Below, in pieces: positions 1 to 13,674 of a DNA stretch of 64,000 bases (the stretch's first letter is position 1; the number at the start of each line of letters is the position of its first letter). The translations under genes and the position numbers were made by a program. The notes below the pieces were generated by a model that saw only the letters and a list, made by a program, of their open reading frames with translations, had not been told where the DNA came from and ran no database searches. Source of the stretch: Camelus ferus (lineage: Eukaryota); NCBI RefSeq assembly GCF_009834535.1, contig NC_045697.1:48610001-48674000 (forward strand), in the 5' to 3' direction.

Positions 1-908
1 CACATAGATCCTCTTCCTTAAAGCCAAGTAGACCTATTTGCAGTTAGTTCCCCAAATATGCTCTGCTGAGCCAGATCTTGGGCTTTTGCACCAACGTTTC
101 CTCTGCCTCTTCCTCACCAATTCTACTCCAAGTTGCCTTTTATTGGAGAATTGTCCTGATCCTCCAAGCTGAGCCTGGGTTCTTTCTTTATGTACTGCCT
201 CTCAATTTCTCCAGGATCTGACCTTTGTTAAATCACTTCACACACAGGTTTAAGCCATTTCTCTTGTTTGTTGCTCCCAATAAAGAGTGAGTTCTTGAGC
301 ATGCGTTCTTTATACTTGTTTCCAGCAGTGCTACAGCCACGTAGGTGCCACATTAATATTCCTGGAAATAAAGAAGTCTCTGTGAGGGACGTATAAAAAT
401 GTTCCCTGAGATAAGGTGAAGAATATTCTAATTAACCATCGCCTTAGCCTGGGACAAGACAGAGAAAAAGGAGGAAAGAAGGTCTTAATACTAAGCCACC
501 TGGGCTCCCGGAAAGCTAAAGCAATGGGGTTTTTTTTCCTTCCCCTCCCCTGCTTTATATTCCTCCGGACCTACTCTTCCCACTCTCAACTAAAGAGAAT
601 CTGATTTTAACAACTATGACCTTGGTGACCCCTTCCTTTCTTTCTAGTCCTAAGTGCTTCAAGTTCAAACCTCTATGTTGTCACCTCTTGCCACAAGCTC
701 CCTTTTTGGTAACCAGTTCTGACAAGTACCAAAGGGGGATTCTTTCCACTTGCCGCTCTACAGCGCCCAGCTGCATTTTGTTTGGCCTCCCTTCCACCCC
801 AGGTATAGACACACCTCACAGTCCCAGCAAGACTCCACCAGGAAATAAACACAGAAGGAAGCTAAAGTTTAATACAAAACTTGTATTCTAATAACTAGCC
901 TAAAGGCT

Positions 909-1051
909 TGGTGGGGTAGGGTATAGCTCAAGTGATAGAGCGCATGCTCAGCATACATGAGCTCCCAGGGTTCAATTCCCAGTACCTCCATTAAATAAAC
1001 AAACAAACAAACCTAATTACCTCCCCAGACAAAAAACAAATACAAAAAAAA
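909..1051 (+). mobile_element. tRNA-derived SINE (camelid Vic-1-like)
   Basis: Head GGGGTAGGGTATAGCTCAAGTGATAGAG (A-box-like), GGTTCAATTCC (B-box-like), body CCTAATTACCTCCCC, A-rich tail; 9-bp TSD CTAAAGGCT at 900-908 and 1052-1060. Confidence 0.9.
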
Positions 1052-2529
1052 CTAAAGGCTGGAAGTTACTGTAAAGACCTCAGTGGGAAACATTTGCCCC
1101 CTCTTAACTCAATATTGGGTTTAGATTCAAAAAAATGCCAAAAATAGACAAAAAGGTTTCCCAGTTTTTCTTTCTGACCTAGATAATTTAAAGCCAAGGA
1201 TTCCAATTCATTCATGGAAAAGTACCAGGGTATGCTGAGGACTTAGAACGAAGCTCACCTAATGTGGCCTGTGTGGCATTCAGTAAAACTGGCCCATGCT
1301 GAAACACGCTGACAACTGTGGGACCAACATACTTTCAATGCCTTCCCTTGGCACAAAGGACAGGGACTCATGAAACAATCAGAAATAGTAGAGCCAAAGG
1401 AGAAAAAAAGGAAAGATGAAGGTCATACAGGAAGGAAGACTGGCAAAAGACAGGGCAGGAGAAAATAGGCACTTTATAATGGGAAATATAGCCAACAGGG
1501 GATTCCAAAAATAAGCAAATTTGCTGTCACAGTAGGGGCTGAGGGCAACTAGTCACAACTGAAAGAAATGGGAAGACAGCTAAAGAAAGAATGGGAGAGG
1601 GTGCGGAGCCAGATAGGCAAATAGATAAAGCCAGGAAAGTATCTCTGGCATGTAAACAGGATTGATTTTTTTTTTAAGTCTCAACTCAGAGACCAGATGG
1701 ATTATTACAGAAGGGACAAGGTCAGCCTGTGGTTAAATAAAATGAAGGGGGAAAGCAGCTGTTAGGAGAAGGACTGTGATTCTACTGTCTTCAAGAGACC
1801 AGCGTTTTGAAACTAGAGTTTTGGAATTCGATATTTGGAATTAGGAAATTCACAGCCCCTCAGTGGAGAATTAGAGTCAAACAGACATTCTAACATTGAG
1901 AGCAGCCACGTCAAATCAAGCTAGACTGCAATGCTGAACATTCTGAACGTGTGAAGGAAATCTTACCTTTAGAGGGAAAAGACTTCACCACTTAAGCCAA
2001 CACAAAAGAGACTGTACAAATCTGTTCACAAATTTTGGAGTAAATAAAAACAAAGTAACACTAGACATCAAATACCTTAACTGCTGAGAAGTAATTTCTG
2101 TTCATTTCCGCTACCAGGGGATCATTTCATAATTCCTGTTCAGTTCAACCACCAAATTTGATTTTCCTGGCATTTTAACGTTAGACAATTAGGAAGAAAA
2201 AAGGCCGAAATCAACCTGTAACCTTCAGAGTGATTTCTCTTTTCAGTACAGACTTTGGTGTATTTGGACTCCTTGGAGCCAGCGTTCGGAGGGCAGGATC
2301 ACCAGATCAAGACAGGCTTGTTTTAGATGCAAAATGAGCCCCCCCCCCCATCTGGACACGGCCTCAGGGAATCTGAAATTACTACCCTACAGCGTTAATA
2401 AAAGTATCTATCTGTTGGCGAGACCGCAGGGTGCTGGTTAATTTGCACCTTTTCCTCCAGCCTTCGACTTCAGCCGTGACTTAACGCAGAGAAAGGAGAG
2501 AGCGGGAACAGATCTTCTATTGTTTTCGT

Positions 2530-4130
2530 TTCCTACGTGGCTGAGACCCAAAGGAGCGGCGGGTCGCCTACCTGCTTTCCATTCCCCCGGCCGGGAGCAG
2601 CTGCGCGTCCTGCAGAGAGGTTCGTTGCCGGCTCCGGCTCGCTGACGACCTCACCTACGGCATTCTCCCGGGTTCGGACCAGTCTGACTCATCTGGGATG
2701 GGTGGCAGGGGTGGGGGAGACCTCGGAGGGCGGAGGGACAGGAGGAGGCGGGCCGGGCCCTTCCCCCAGAGTCGGAGAGGAGGCGTCGCCAGGGCGCAGG
2801 TGAAACCGACTCCGACCTATCCCGGGAACTTTCGCTGCGGGGACTGGCTGCGAGAGGCGAGCGTCGCACAGGGGCGGCCCCGGAGCCGCCTTCTCCCACC
2901 CGGGCCGCGCGCGGGGACTCAGCCCCGGGTCACCCGCGGCCCTCTTGGCATGTTCGGGGGCTGCGAGCAGGCCGCGGCTGATGGAGGCGGGTGGCGCCGC
3001 CCCGAGCGCAGGTGACACAAGCCAGGTCAGGGTTTCTGCTGGCGGGGGAGAGCGTAGGGAGGGCGGCACGCAGACACCCCGGGGCCGGGGGACGGCAGGG
3101 CAGCGATGGCCCGAGAGTTGAGCCAGGAGGCACTACTGGACTTTCTGTGCCAGGCCGGAGGCCGAGTGACCAACGCCGCCTTGCTGAGCCACTTCAAGAG
3201 CTTCCTCCGAGACCCCGACGCGCCCCCCAGCCAGCACCAGCGCCGCCGCGAGCTTTTCAAGGGCTTCGTCAACTCGGTCGCCGCAGTGCGCCAGGACCCC
3301 GACGGCACCAAGTACGTGGTGCTCAAGAGGAGGTACAGGGACCTTTTGGGGGAGGAGGGGCTGCAGCGACCCAGCGACCCGCCCGCGGCCGCCGCCCCTG
3401 CAGGGGGAGCTGCGTCCAGCGCCCCGCGAAGCGTGCGCGGGGGGGAACCGCGGCCGCCGCCGCAGCAGCAGCCCCGGCGGCGGCGGCGCGAGAAGGAGCC
3501 GGAGGAGGAGCCAGCAGGTGCCGCAGCGCCAGCCGCCGACGCAGGTTGCAATGGACTCCCGGCCAGCGGCGCCCGAGAGGCGGCCCGCGGAGGCGGCGGG
3601 CAGAGGGGCAGCTCCCGCCACCGGGCGCCGGTGCCCGCGGCTGCAGCGGCGGCTCCTCGGGAGGGAACGAGGTGCGCGGCGGCCGAGACGCAGGGCCACT
3701 GCTGCTGGGAATGTCTCCAGAACGGCCAGGGGGGACTCCAGGGCGAGCCGCTGCTCAGCGGCCTCCCCGACCCCGCCATCACAGCCACCGCCACCGTCAG
3801 CGCCGAGGAGAAGCCGGCACCGGCTCCGCCTGCTCGGGAAGACCGCGGGGCTCCCAGGCCGCATCGAGAAAGTGTGCCCGAGGAGCCCCGGCCCGAGCCC
3901 GCCGCGCCCCTCTCGTCTCCTCCAACCGTCGAGGCTGCTGGGAGCCGGGTTTCCTCTCTTGCTTTGCAGTCTGCTCCCGCTTCCCCCAGAGACCCGCCGG
4001 AGCTGGTGACCCCGGGCTCTCTGCGTTATTCGACCCTGCAGCAGCAGCAGCAGCGCACTCGGGAGTGGGTGGCCAGACACCCCCAGACACCGGAGGCCCG
4101 GGACCATGGCCCCATCCGAGCCTGGTCGGT
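2530..4130. promoter_or_regulatory. CpG island covering the SOWAHB promoter and 5' CDS
   Basis: Abrupt rise in GC and CpG density against a CpG-depleted background; GC-box-like motifs (GAGGGCGGAGGG ~2726, GGGGCGGCCC 2871-2880). The TSS cannot be located from sequence. Confidence 0.9.
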
Positions 4131-5505
4131 GCTGCCAGACAACTTCCCCCAGCTACCCTCAGAGCCAGGCTGGTGGGTGCTGGAACCTAACTCAGCGCCA
4201 TCTGACCCTCCTCTTTCCTCTCATTCTCGCTTTCCCGCTGTTCCGGAATCCTGTCCTGGGAATTCGCCACTGGCAGTCTTTCGTAGCATTCGTTGTCAGC
4301 TGTCCCTACAGGATCTGGATGACTTTGTGGACCAGGAGAGCCACGGCAGTGAGGAGAGCAGCAGTGGACCCAAAGAGTCCCCTGGGGGTTCTGAAGAAGG
4401 GCTGCACGTTGCTCTTGGAGCCTCAGATTGGAGAAGGCTCAGGAATCCAGCTGGAGACCCTTTTCCAAAGGAGGGCAGTTCCAACAGGGACCCTCAGGGC
4501 CTCAGAAATAGAGGGGAGGGTCACACCTCTCAGCCCATCCCAACAGGAGCTGATGGCCTTGCAGGCCACCCCCAGCCTTTGCCCTGGCCAGCTCCCAAAT
4601 TAAGGAGATCCCTAAGGAGGAGCTCTAGGGCAGGGAGAGCCAAAGTGTCCTCCTCAGATGAGGAGTGCCTTGAGGAAGATTTGCTGAAAAGGAACCGTCG
4701 CCCACCCCGGTCCAGGAAACCCTCCAAGGCAGGAACAGTGTCCAACCCATGGGTGGATGCCGCTTTGACACCAAAACCTGCAGACATTAAGGCTGCTTTT
4801 GCCGATCGTGGGTGTCCACATAGCCCATGGGCCCCTGGAGGGGAGAGGCCTGCAGCCTTGGTCCCCCACAGATCTTCTGATCACAAGTCATCCCTGGTTC
4901 CCCTCGATGCCAGGGAGCATGAATGGATTGTGAAGCTCGCCAGTGGCTCTTGGATTCAGGTGTTGACTTTGTTCTGGGAGGATCCCCAGCTGGCTTTGCA
5001 CAAAGACTTTTTGACTGGGTACACTGCCTTGCACTGGATAGCCAAACATGGTGACCTGAGGGCCCTTCAGGACTTGGTGTCGGGTGCACAGAAGGCAGGG
5101 ATTGCTCTTGATGTAAATGTGAAGTCCAGTTGTGGGTATACCCCACTCCACCTTGCAGCCATTCATGGCCACCAGGGCATCATCAAATTGCTAGTGCAAA
5201 GGCTGGCGTCTCGTGTGAATATCCGGGACAGCAGTGGGAAGAAGCCGTGGCAGTATCTGACCAGTAATACCTCTGGGGAAATATGGCAGCTCCTGGAAGC
5301 CCCACGGGGCAAGCCCATTTTCCCTGCCTATCCTTTGGTTCGAAACTCTTCCCCCATCAGGAAGGCCAGGAACAGGGATGTATCTAGACATGTCACCCGA
5401 AAGACTTCCCTTGCTGCACTACTCAAAAGTCAGCACAACAAATGGAAGTTGGCCAACCAGTATGAGAAATTCTCTCCAAGGGAGAGAGAAGAGTACAGTG
5501 ACTGA
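3106..5505 (+). CDS. SOWAHB: Sosondowah ankyrin repeat domain family member B (ANKRD56), single-exon CDS, 799 aa
   Basis: Uninterrupted ORF with strong Kozak (GCGATGG). N-terminus [34 protein letters not shown] and C-terminus [17 protein letters not shown] match mammalian SOWAHB as I recall it. Ankyrin motifs [12 protein letters not shown] and [13 protein letters not shown] at ~5014-5250; Pro/Ala/Arg low-complexity middle. Confidence 0.97.
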   Translation: MARELSQEALLDFLCQAGGRVTNAALLSHFKSFLRDPDAPPSQHQRRRELFKGFVNSVAAVRQDPDGTKYVVLKRRYRDLLGEEGLQRPSDPPAAAAPAGGAASSAPRSVRGGEPRPPPQQQPRRRRREKEPEEEPAGAAAPAADAGCNGLPASGAREAARGGGGQRGSSRHRAPVPAAAAAAPREGTRCAAAETQGHCCWECLQNGQGGLQGEPLLSGLPDPAITATATVSAEEKPAPAPPAREDRGAPRPHRESVPEEPRPEPAAPLSSPPTVEAAGSRVSSLALQSAPASPRDPPELVTPGSLRYSTLQQQQQRTREWVARHPQTPEARDHGPIRAWSVLPDNFPQLPSEPGWWVLEPNSAPSDPPLSSHSRFPAVPESCPGNSPLAVFRSIRCQLSLQDLDDFVDQESHGSEESSSGPKESPGGSEEGLHVALGASDWRRLRNPAGDPFPKEGSSNRDPQGLRNRGEGHTSQPIPTGADGLAGHPQPLPWPAPKLRRSLRRSSRAGRAKVSSSDEECLEEDLLKRNRRPPRSRKPSKAGTVSNPWVDAALTPKPADIKAAFADRGCPHSPWAPGGERPAALVPHRSSDHKSSLVPLDAREHEWIVKLASGSWIQVLTLFWEDPQLALHKDFLTGYTALHWIAKHGDLRALQDLVSGAQKAGIALDVNVKSSCGYTPLHLAAIHGHQGIIKLLVQRLASRVNIRDSSGKKPWQYLTSNTSGEIWQLLEAPRGKPIFPAYPLVRNSSPIRKARNRDVSRHVTRKTSLAALLKSQHNKWKLANQYEKFSPREREEYSD

Positions 5506-6780
5506 GTGGGCCCCTCTCTCCAACATGCTACCACCACCGCCCATCCTTGAGCTAGTCAGTGAGCATTCAGTGGGGAGTGGAAAACTTGGCAAGGAGTTGG
5601 TCAAGAGAGAGGTCAAGTGAGATGGCCTACCTAGTGTTTACCTCCCTAGATTGTGTCACACATTCAGGACCTCAGCGGTCTTCCAAGCTTTCTGACGGCT
5701 CAAGTCCTTGGGCCAGTGAAACCTTAACAAGGAGCAGAGGCAGGTGCTTACAACCCAGGTGTCCTTCCTCTTCCCTGGCCACCAGAGAACCGGGCACAGC
5801 AGGCCACGCTGTTCTCCCAAGCAGCGATCCCAGGCCTTGGCTAGAGAGGGAACAGGTGTCTAACAAGAAGAGAGACAATTCAAGGAATTGATGAAGCTCA
5901 AACAAAATCCTCTCTCTGGCTAGGAGCTCTCTGGCTCCCATTCATTTGGAGAATAAATCTTGGCTCAGAGTGAAAAGCACCAGGTTGGAAATCAGATGGC
6001 TCCTCTTCTTTTCCTTTTATTTTGGCGTTCATATCTGAAATAAAATTGTTGCTGGAGAGTAGAACTTGATTTAAGAGATTCCTCAGCCCTGTCCTCAGGT
6101 CTTTCTTTGAATGCAACCTATGGTGGCCAATGCCAGGAATGGTTAGTGCATTGTTTCAGAGAAGCATTTGGGTAAGATCCAGTTATGACTGACATTCAGG
6201 CCCTACTTAAAAAAAAAAAAAGATCAACCTGAGGGGAACTTTCCAAATGTAAAAACTGCATGTCTCATTTGCAGAATGACTGAAACATCTTTCATGGAAA
6301 CTGCCTGTGTAACAAAGAGCAGAATTAGCATTAGCAGTTTTCACTAAGTTTGAATGGCCCACGTTCATACTCTTGAAAAGAGAGAGATGGTTTGTTCCGA
6401 GGGAAGCAGTAAGGGTTAAGAAGTGAATGCCTCCCCACTAGGAATCTTCTAAGCTGCTAAATATAATTTTATTTGCACTAAACTTGTTGCCAATTAAGAT
6501 TAAATACTAGCCTTGAAGTGCTGTATCTCTAGCAGGAAGTTGGTCCTTCTAATTGCTTGTGATGGGACTGATCTTTGTGAGTCCATGGAATGAGAGAATG
6601 AATGGCTAATTTATAAACTACAGTAGAACATCAAGATTTCAGAATGTAAATTCAAAGAGGGCTGAAAAATTAAGTGTCCAAGTGGAAATAGTTAATTTTT
6701 TATGGAAATGTTTTCATGTGCTGTGGCGAAGATGCTGTATTTTTAAAGTATTTTTGTGTTTCTTTTGGCTATTTTCCCCC

Positions 6781-6786
6781 ATTAAA
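6781..6786 (+). terminator. Candidate SOWAHB polyadenylation signal (ATTAAA)
   Basis: ATTAAA with T-rich upstream and T/GT-rich downstream sequence. Alternative AATAAA hexamers at 5952, 6039, 6962 and 7084; the used site is not determinable from sequence. Confidence 0.45.
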
Positions 6787-9700
6787 ATATCAGCATATCT
6801 TTGTAACTTACTGTACTTATGCTGATTACTGTTAACTTTCTTCTTTACAAAATTGTGTCTCAGTGAGTGGCAAATATTTTTGTTTCTTTGGAGTTTTACG
6901 TAATGATTTTGCTGTTGTAAATATATCTCTGCTCTATTAGAAAACAACAAAAAATAGGCATAATAAATCAAACTGCGGGTTGTTTTTCTCAAAAAAAAGA
7001 GAGGAAACTTTTGCAAATCAAATCAAGGAAAAAAGTGACAAGCATAGACGAGGGTAATGGTTAAGAGAGTTGAAATTTTTAAAAATAAAAGTTAAATATC
7101 TAGGCAAATACTCGTAGGAAAGGGAGTGATTTTCCAAGGGAAAAAAAATCACCAAAATGTCAACTTCTTTTAGAAGCCAAAGAATGTTTTTACTTTACAT
7201 ATTGTTATCATGACATGAATTTATTCAACAAATGTTTTACTTGGTAAAATTTTATAAAGATGAGTGGGACATGACTTCCCCCTCCTGAAACTTAAAATCT
7301 AACAAGACATGTTTTTAATTGATTTATACTCTACCTTGCCCCCAAGCTGTCTTTTGAAACCGCCCTGTATCAGGTATAAGCTTTTAAAATGAGGCAAAGG
7401 ATAAAAAGGTGGTACCAGGAATGAAGAGAAAACAACTGCAATGCAAGAAAAAAAATGTTTTTCCAAGTGTCTTAAGTACAAAATCAAGTGCTCCAGTGTA
7501 TTTCAGAGAGAGTCCTTTGGGCTAAGAAAATCAGGGTGGGCTTTTGGGAGGCCAGGCATCTTTTTAAGTGAATGATGCTGGCTTTCCGAAGAAACCAGCT
7601 TTGTTAGAAACCAGCTGTGTTGGTTCTACCACATTCTTTCCTTCTGCTTCAGTGCGTGATTTCCAGAGCACAAGGTTGGCTGATTACTCAATGGTTAGAA
7701 CACCATCCTGAGTCCCAGGTTCATTCTCACAAGAATCTATCAGGTCCCTCTGACCTTTGTCCACACATCCTATCTATGATGGCAGTCACGTTTCTTATAT
7801 GGTCCACGTGTATGTTGGAAGGGGGTAGCAAAGAAGAGGCTGTTGAGAGCAGGTTAAAACACAAACCTGATGACATGACCCTTTGGCTCACGTCACAAAG
7901 CACAGGCTGGGAGCACTGCCAGGCCCAGCCTCCTGCCGGCCACTCCCTGCCACCAACCCCACACTGAGGCCTCACCTGACCCACTGGGGACGAATGCCCT
8001 TACCCTCCCAGTTTCTGTCTTGGTGCTGAATTCCTTTACCTTCGAATCCCTTTCGCTATTTTCTTGGTGAACTGGCTCTTATTTTTCAAGGGACAGCTCA
8101 AGTGTCTCAGCCTCTATGAAGATTCCAGAGTAAGCACCTCCAGTCCAGAAGACTGATAGCCCCTTCGTCAGAATCTCGTAATGCTAGGTCCACGCCTCAC
8201 TTAGAGTTGTTGCCACGTAGTATTTTAGACTGTTTTCTTTTTCCTTGAGACTTTGAATGTCTGAGTATCAGAGAATGTATTTTTCAATTCACCTAAATGT
8301 AGCAGATACTTACAGAGCATCTACTCTGTGACAGACGTAACTCCTGCCTTCGAGAACTCATCGTCTGCTATGAAGGAGAACGTGAGGATGAGGTCACAGA
8401 AAAATAACTTCAGCACAGGAGGTGAGTGGGGAGACTCGGGCATGAAGACCCTGAGGGTGCAGAGAAGGGGATATTTCTGGGGCACTTTCTCTAGACCAGC
8501 CCCTATGTTTATGTTGGAGACACAACATTCAGGAGGACACACATGTTTCCTGCTCTTGTGGTACTTTCTTGGACTGCGGAAGTCGGGAAGGTAACATGGA
8601 ACTTAGATAGTCAAGTGGAGAAAGGAGGAAAGAATATTCCAAGAGGAGGAGGAGCAGGAGCAAAGCTGCAGGGTGTGTTTGCAGGATGCTTAGCCGCTCA
8701 TGGTGGTGGGGGATATGTGGCTACTGCTGTGTGGCAGCCTTGAGGTGGTGTGGAGCAAGGTGAAGAAGGAAAGAGACTTTTTAAGGTCAGGTTGGAAAAA
8801 GGGTCTTTTGTGATATCAAGAGAAATAGGCATTTTCTAGGAAGCCAGGGATTGTCATATCTCCTCCAGAAAACCTTAGTGTTATTCCAAATATAGAAACT
8901 CCTGGTCTTAATCTGAAGGCAAGAAAATACATAAATAAATCAAAGAACTACACAGGATGTACTCCATTTTAAAGTTTCCCTTTCAGATTTTCCTTGTCTT
9001 TGATGTCAATGCTTGTTTGCTAGCTTGTAGGCAATAAAATGATTTAATAAATGACAATTTAATATTAAAGGCAAACATTAGAAACTGGTGATAATCTTAG
9101 CTCAACCCCTTGCTTTACTGTAGATATAGTTGTAAAGTAGTGGGTTTTCATCTTATAATTATATGTAGTATCTACCATAGCCTTTTTTTCTGCTAATAAA
9201 ATTGCTTCTGGTTCAACATTTCAGGATGTTGCCCATAGCATGCCATGACTTCCAGATGCGTTGAATCCTCCATAAATTTTTTAAAGTAACAACTTTATGG
9301 AGATAGAGCTCACATCCCATGCAATTCACCTACTTAAAGTGTACAGTTCAATGGTTTTGAGTATATTCACAGAGTTGCACGACCATCACCACAATAAATT
9401 CCTATACGCATCTGAGAACTACTGACATAGGCAATGGGGAGCCATTGACGGTTTAATGCAGGGGAGTGACACATATAGGCTGGGGTAGAGCAAAGATTCC
9501 TCTTGCTACAGTAAAGGAGGCAAACTAGAAGCAGAGATCAGTTAAGTTATTGTAGTGTCTTAGTGTCATATTGGAAATTGGGATGTTGACTCAATCAGCT
9601 GGGTAAGGTGAATAAGATCAGATATTTACAATGAGGAAAGAAAATTTTAGTTGGAGAGTTGATAAGGATCAGAAGGGATTAGGTAAGATCCCAAAGGATC

Positions 9701-9899
9701 TCTGTATTTCCTCTCATCTCTAATGCCCTGGTTCAGCAATTAGACCACTTCATGACTGTGATGACAGTCTAGGTTCAGGTGACACTGATCTAAGAGAATA
9801 AATTCAGTCTCTGTGCAGGCTGTTTAGCACAGCACTGTAAGTGTGTGTGCTTCTGTTTGCTGACATCAAACAAATGATTAAAAATATGTAATGAAAGGG

Positions 9900-10090
9900 T
9901 AAGATAGTAGCATATAAAGGCTCATGACAATGAGCTAATCTCCTTGGGTTCCTGTCATGGCTGGGACAACTTTCAGTTTCTTGATTTTCTCATTTTTAAG
10001 ATTTTTTTTTTAAAGATCAAATGAACTCACACAAAGTCCTTAGAAAATGCATGGTACGTAGTGAATCCTCAACAAATGTTAGCTATTATT
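9900..10090 (+). mobile_element. MIR SINE relic
   Basis: Degenerate MIR-like 3' end (CTTAGAAAATGCATGGTACGTAGTGAATCCTCAACAAATGTTAGCTATTATT). Confidence 0.6.
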
Positions 10091-10215
10091 TTTTTTTTTA
10101 ATTGAAGTATAGTTGATTTACCATGTTGTGTTAGTTTCTGGCTCACAGCACGGTTATACGTATATACTTTTTCATATTCTTTTTCATTATGGGTTATTAC
10201 AAGATATTGAATGTA
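10091..10215 (-). mobile_element. 5'-truncated L1 (3' UTR end) inserted into the MIR tail
   Basis: Poly-T then ATTGAAGTATAGTTGATTTAC, an artiodactyl-type L1 3' end; 11-bp TSD TAGCTATTATT at 10080-10090 and 10216-10226. Confidence 0.85.
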
Positions 10216-10822
10216 TAGCTATTATTATTTTAAATACCATTCAAAATATACAGTTCACTTTAAATTTCCATCTATGCTGAAGACAAAGAAATTCTCTAGT
10301 TGACTTAAAAGGTGCTACAAGACTGAGATTTGCTGATAAAGCCTAACATTTCTCCTTATGCTTCTACATAAAAAGATGCTCGTATTTCTCATTTCAATTG
10401 AAAAAGACCATCCAACTATCTCTTGTGTGTAACAATCATGAGCCATCGTGGTATGTCATTAAACAGAATTAGGTTTAATTGAAGTCATGTAAACTATTAT
10501 CAGTCAAGTTAGCAGCTCTGGTGTAGCCTGGAATTGAAACCCAGGCAGAACTCTGAAGGGGTGGAGGCTTACAGGGAGTTCAGTGTGTGTGTATGTAAAG
10601 CTACCATCACTCATGAAATCTGCAGTATCTAAGTTCAGCCATGCAGTAACATTACCAAAATTCCACTAACTCGATCAAGATGAAGTCTCACTAGACTGGA
10701 TTAAACATTATTGATAAATTGAAATGTTATTCCTCTTTGGCACAGTACTTCTTGGTTTCTAGCTCCTGTCATGAAATCTTGTGAAAACTGAGTCTGGAAC
10801 TATTTTGCATCCCCTTCTAGGA

Positions 10823-10941
10823 TTTTTGTTTTATTTTGTTTTGGGAGGGGTAATTAGGTTTATTTATTTATTTATTAATGGAGGTGCCAGGACTTGGTGT
10901 GTGCTAAGCACACATTCTGCCACTGCACTGTACCCTCCCCC
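10823..10941 (-). mobile_element. Vic-1-like SINE with internal deletion
   Basis: T-rich tail, GGGGTAATTAGGTTTATTTATT, AATGGAGGT, GTGCTAAGCA, TACCCTCCCC; the B-box segment present in other copies is missing. Confidence 0.8.
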
Positions 10942-12230
10942 ACTGGAATCACTTTTCAGCTGTGAGGTATACGCATCATTTACAGGAGCAGTATCCAATG
11001 GGGATGATCTTTCACACCTATTTTCCCTTCTGATCTTTATTCTTGACCAACTGCCACTTTCCGTCAGGACTTGACAGAGGGGTTGAAACTCAAGACTACT
11101 TGCTACTTGTTAAGGTTTTTGAATTATTTGAAATTTTCAAAGATCAGTATTATTGATAGTCTATGTCACTCCAAAACACCCCTCTCCACCACATATGTTC
11201 AAGCATAGATAATGGGGAATTGAATTGGTTATATTTATATTCTTACTCCACAAGATTTATTGTGTTTAGTTAAGATGTCTCCCAGAGTCCTAATAAAGGA
11301 AGGTATCTGCATAAGGCAACTTGACCGAGTGAGCATGAAAACTCCTAATCTTGAGAGCAGCCTGTGATTCTTTGAGAAAGAGATTATTTCTCTAAACATA
11401 GGGCACAGACAAACACCTACAGGCAGGAGCTATATTAAGTGCCGCCTGACCATAACCCTATGTCCCTTATATGTGTGTCACCTTACACGTTCTGTGGTCT
11501 CTTGGCTTCAGGTGTTTTCCTTCTAAAAGCTCTTTCAAGACCACCTGGAAAAGGAGAATGACAGACAGGTGGACAAGTATCACCTGTCAATCCCAGCACT
11601 GTGGGCACAGGACAGCTCTTATTCTATCAGAGTTAACGTTTTCTCTTTATTGTGGTACACATCTGACTCAGATTCCATTTTGGAGGTCTTTGTGTGGTAT
11701 TTCCTGAGGTTCAAAACTCTTTATGTCTTTATTCATTTCCTGTGAGTTGAAAAAAGAAAATCCTTATCCTTTATAAATTTAAAGCCACAGCATCCTGACA
11801 CTGGCTTATGATGGAAATTGACTTTGAAGTAACGAACTATTTGGTGTTCCTAAAAAAAAAAGAAGGAAGTTTATATAGAAGTTAAGCAGTGTTTTGTTAT
11901 GTAGGATGGTACCACAATAAATAGTTCCATTACCTGGTAGGTTTGTGAAATGGATTTCTCTGGATAATAAATTATTCTAATTAATAGGAATTTCTCACAT
12001 GTACTTCACATGATTAATAGTTTAAGAAAACTGAACTACAATTAAAAATACTCAGCACTAAAACTAAACACAAAGTAATTTATGATTTTGAAAAACCATA
12101 CAAGATCCTTAAGTGCTTTGTGCTTATTATAAATATCAATTATCTTTGCATTTAGATAAAGAACTAAAGTCAGTTGATGAAAAGTTAGGTTCTATAAATT
12201 TTATATTTATTTTCACATTTTAAAGAATTT

Positions 12231-12346
12231 GGTGGGGGAGCTCAGTGGTAGAGTGCTTGCTTAGCATGCACCAGGTCCTGGGTTTAATCCTCAGTACCAC
12301 CATGAAGGAAGGAAGAAAGGGGAAGGAAGGAAAGAAGGGAGGAAAG
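12231..12346 (+). mobile_element. Vic-1-like SINE with GA-rich tail
   Basis: AGCTCAGTGGTAGAGTGCTTGCTTAGCATGCACCAGGTCCTGGGTTTAATCC followed by a (GGAA)-like tail; TSD AAAGAATTT at 12222-12230 and 12347-12355. Confidence 0.85.
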
Positions 12347-13674
12347 AAAGAATTTTTAAATTATACAAATGATACATGTTTATTGTAAAAAAAAAAATAG
12401 ATAATGCTGATAAAGAAATACAGAAGAAGAAAATAAAATTGCCCTAATTTCAGTACCTTAGGGTAATCACTGGTAATATTTTAGTGTGTATCATTCCAGA
12501 ATTTATATCAAAATGAAATCATACTGTGCATCGTAATTTCCAACCTATTTTATTGTTAAGTATATTGTAATTTTTGCATTTGAATTGGGTATTGTTATTG
12601 AGTTCAAGATTAAAAAAAGTTTAGCTCTTCAGGTGGTTGAATGTGTGGCAGTTCAGAATTCATTTGCAGACCAGACTTTGCTTCATTGTCACGTCCTTTC
12701 CATACAGGGCTAGATCCTAAATGTATTAAGTTTTAAATTATTTTAAAAATCATTTTTTGCATTCATTTGACTTGAAGCAATGATGTTCTTTTGTTTTTAA
12801 TCAGCTTTTTTTTTTTTTTTTTTGCCCAGTGTTCTGGGTGCATAACCTTTCAGGCAGGAGGCCCCTCCTCCAGAAAACTGGTTGCCTGCTCCTGCTTGTA
12901 GGAAAACAAGAGAGAATTCCCAGCTGTGACTGCCCATCTCACACCTGTAGCTGTTCTGTTTGCTTGTGGGGCAGTGAAGATGTGAGACAGGTGTGGGCCA
13001 GATATGATTACGACTTAAAATGAGCTGATCTACCAGTATCGTTGGTCTGGTTTTTCTCTTTATTTATTTATTTTGATAGCTAGAACTTCTTTATCATTCA
13101 ACATAAGAATGAGGAAGGAGAGATAGGAATCTCAAAGTTTTTTTTCTGATCATATTAACTCTTTTAAAGTATTTCCTGAAGATGAAAATTGCTGCTAGTT
13201 TTTTTAAATAATACTTTTTAAAAATCAATTCAAACATAGTTACAAAAGATATAACCTAGGGAGTAATCAGTTCTAATAATTTCCAATGCCATAAATCCCT
13301 TTTAACTTTGGATTGACTAGTTATAGCCAGCCTACATATTTTATTTTGCCTTCCATTATGTTCATTAACAGCATACTCCATATATTAAAACAATTTTCCC
13401 AGTTTACATTTTTAATAGCCAGCAGGCATATCACTATGTTAACATATAATAGTTTGCTTAGCCATTTCTCTCCTCTTTGACATTTGGGTCATTCTCACTA
13501 TAACAAATAGTAGTGATATATCTTTTTAAAATAATTGTAAGGTCCTTTATTTTTTGCCGATTTTCCCAGGTGCAGTTTTATAGCTGACACTTATATTTAC
13601 CGCCTTGTACTTCAGAAGGATTGAGTCAAATTAAAGTGACACGAGCAAGGGGGTAAAAGAGAAGGAAATCTGAA

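Noticed and set aside
3027..4107. Antisense ORFs of 255 and 324 aa
   Set aside because: Shadow frames of a GC-rich CDS with no recognisable domain.
2991..4190. 399-aa alternative-frame ORF overlapping SOWAHB
   Set aside because: Starts at GTG, has Arg/Gly/Ala/Pro low complexity and ends where the CpG island ends; expected from stop-codon scarcity at very high GC.
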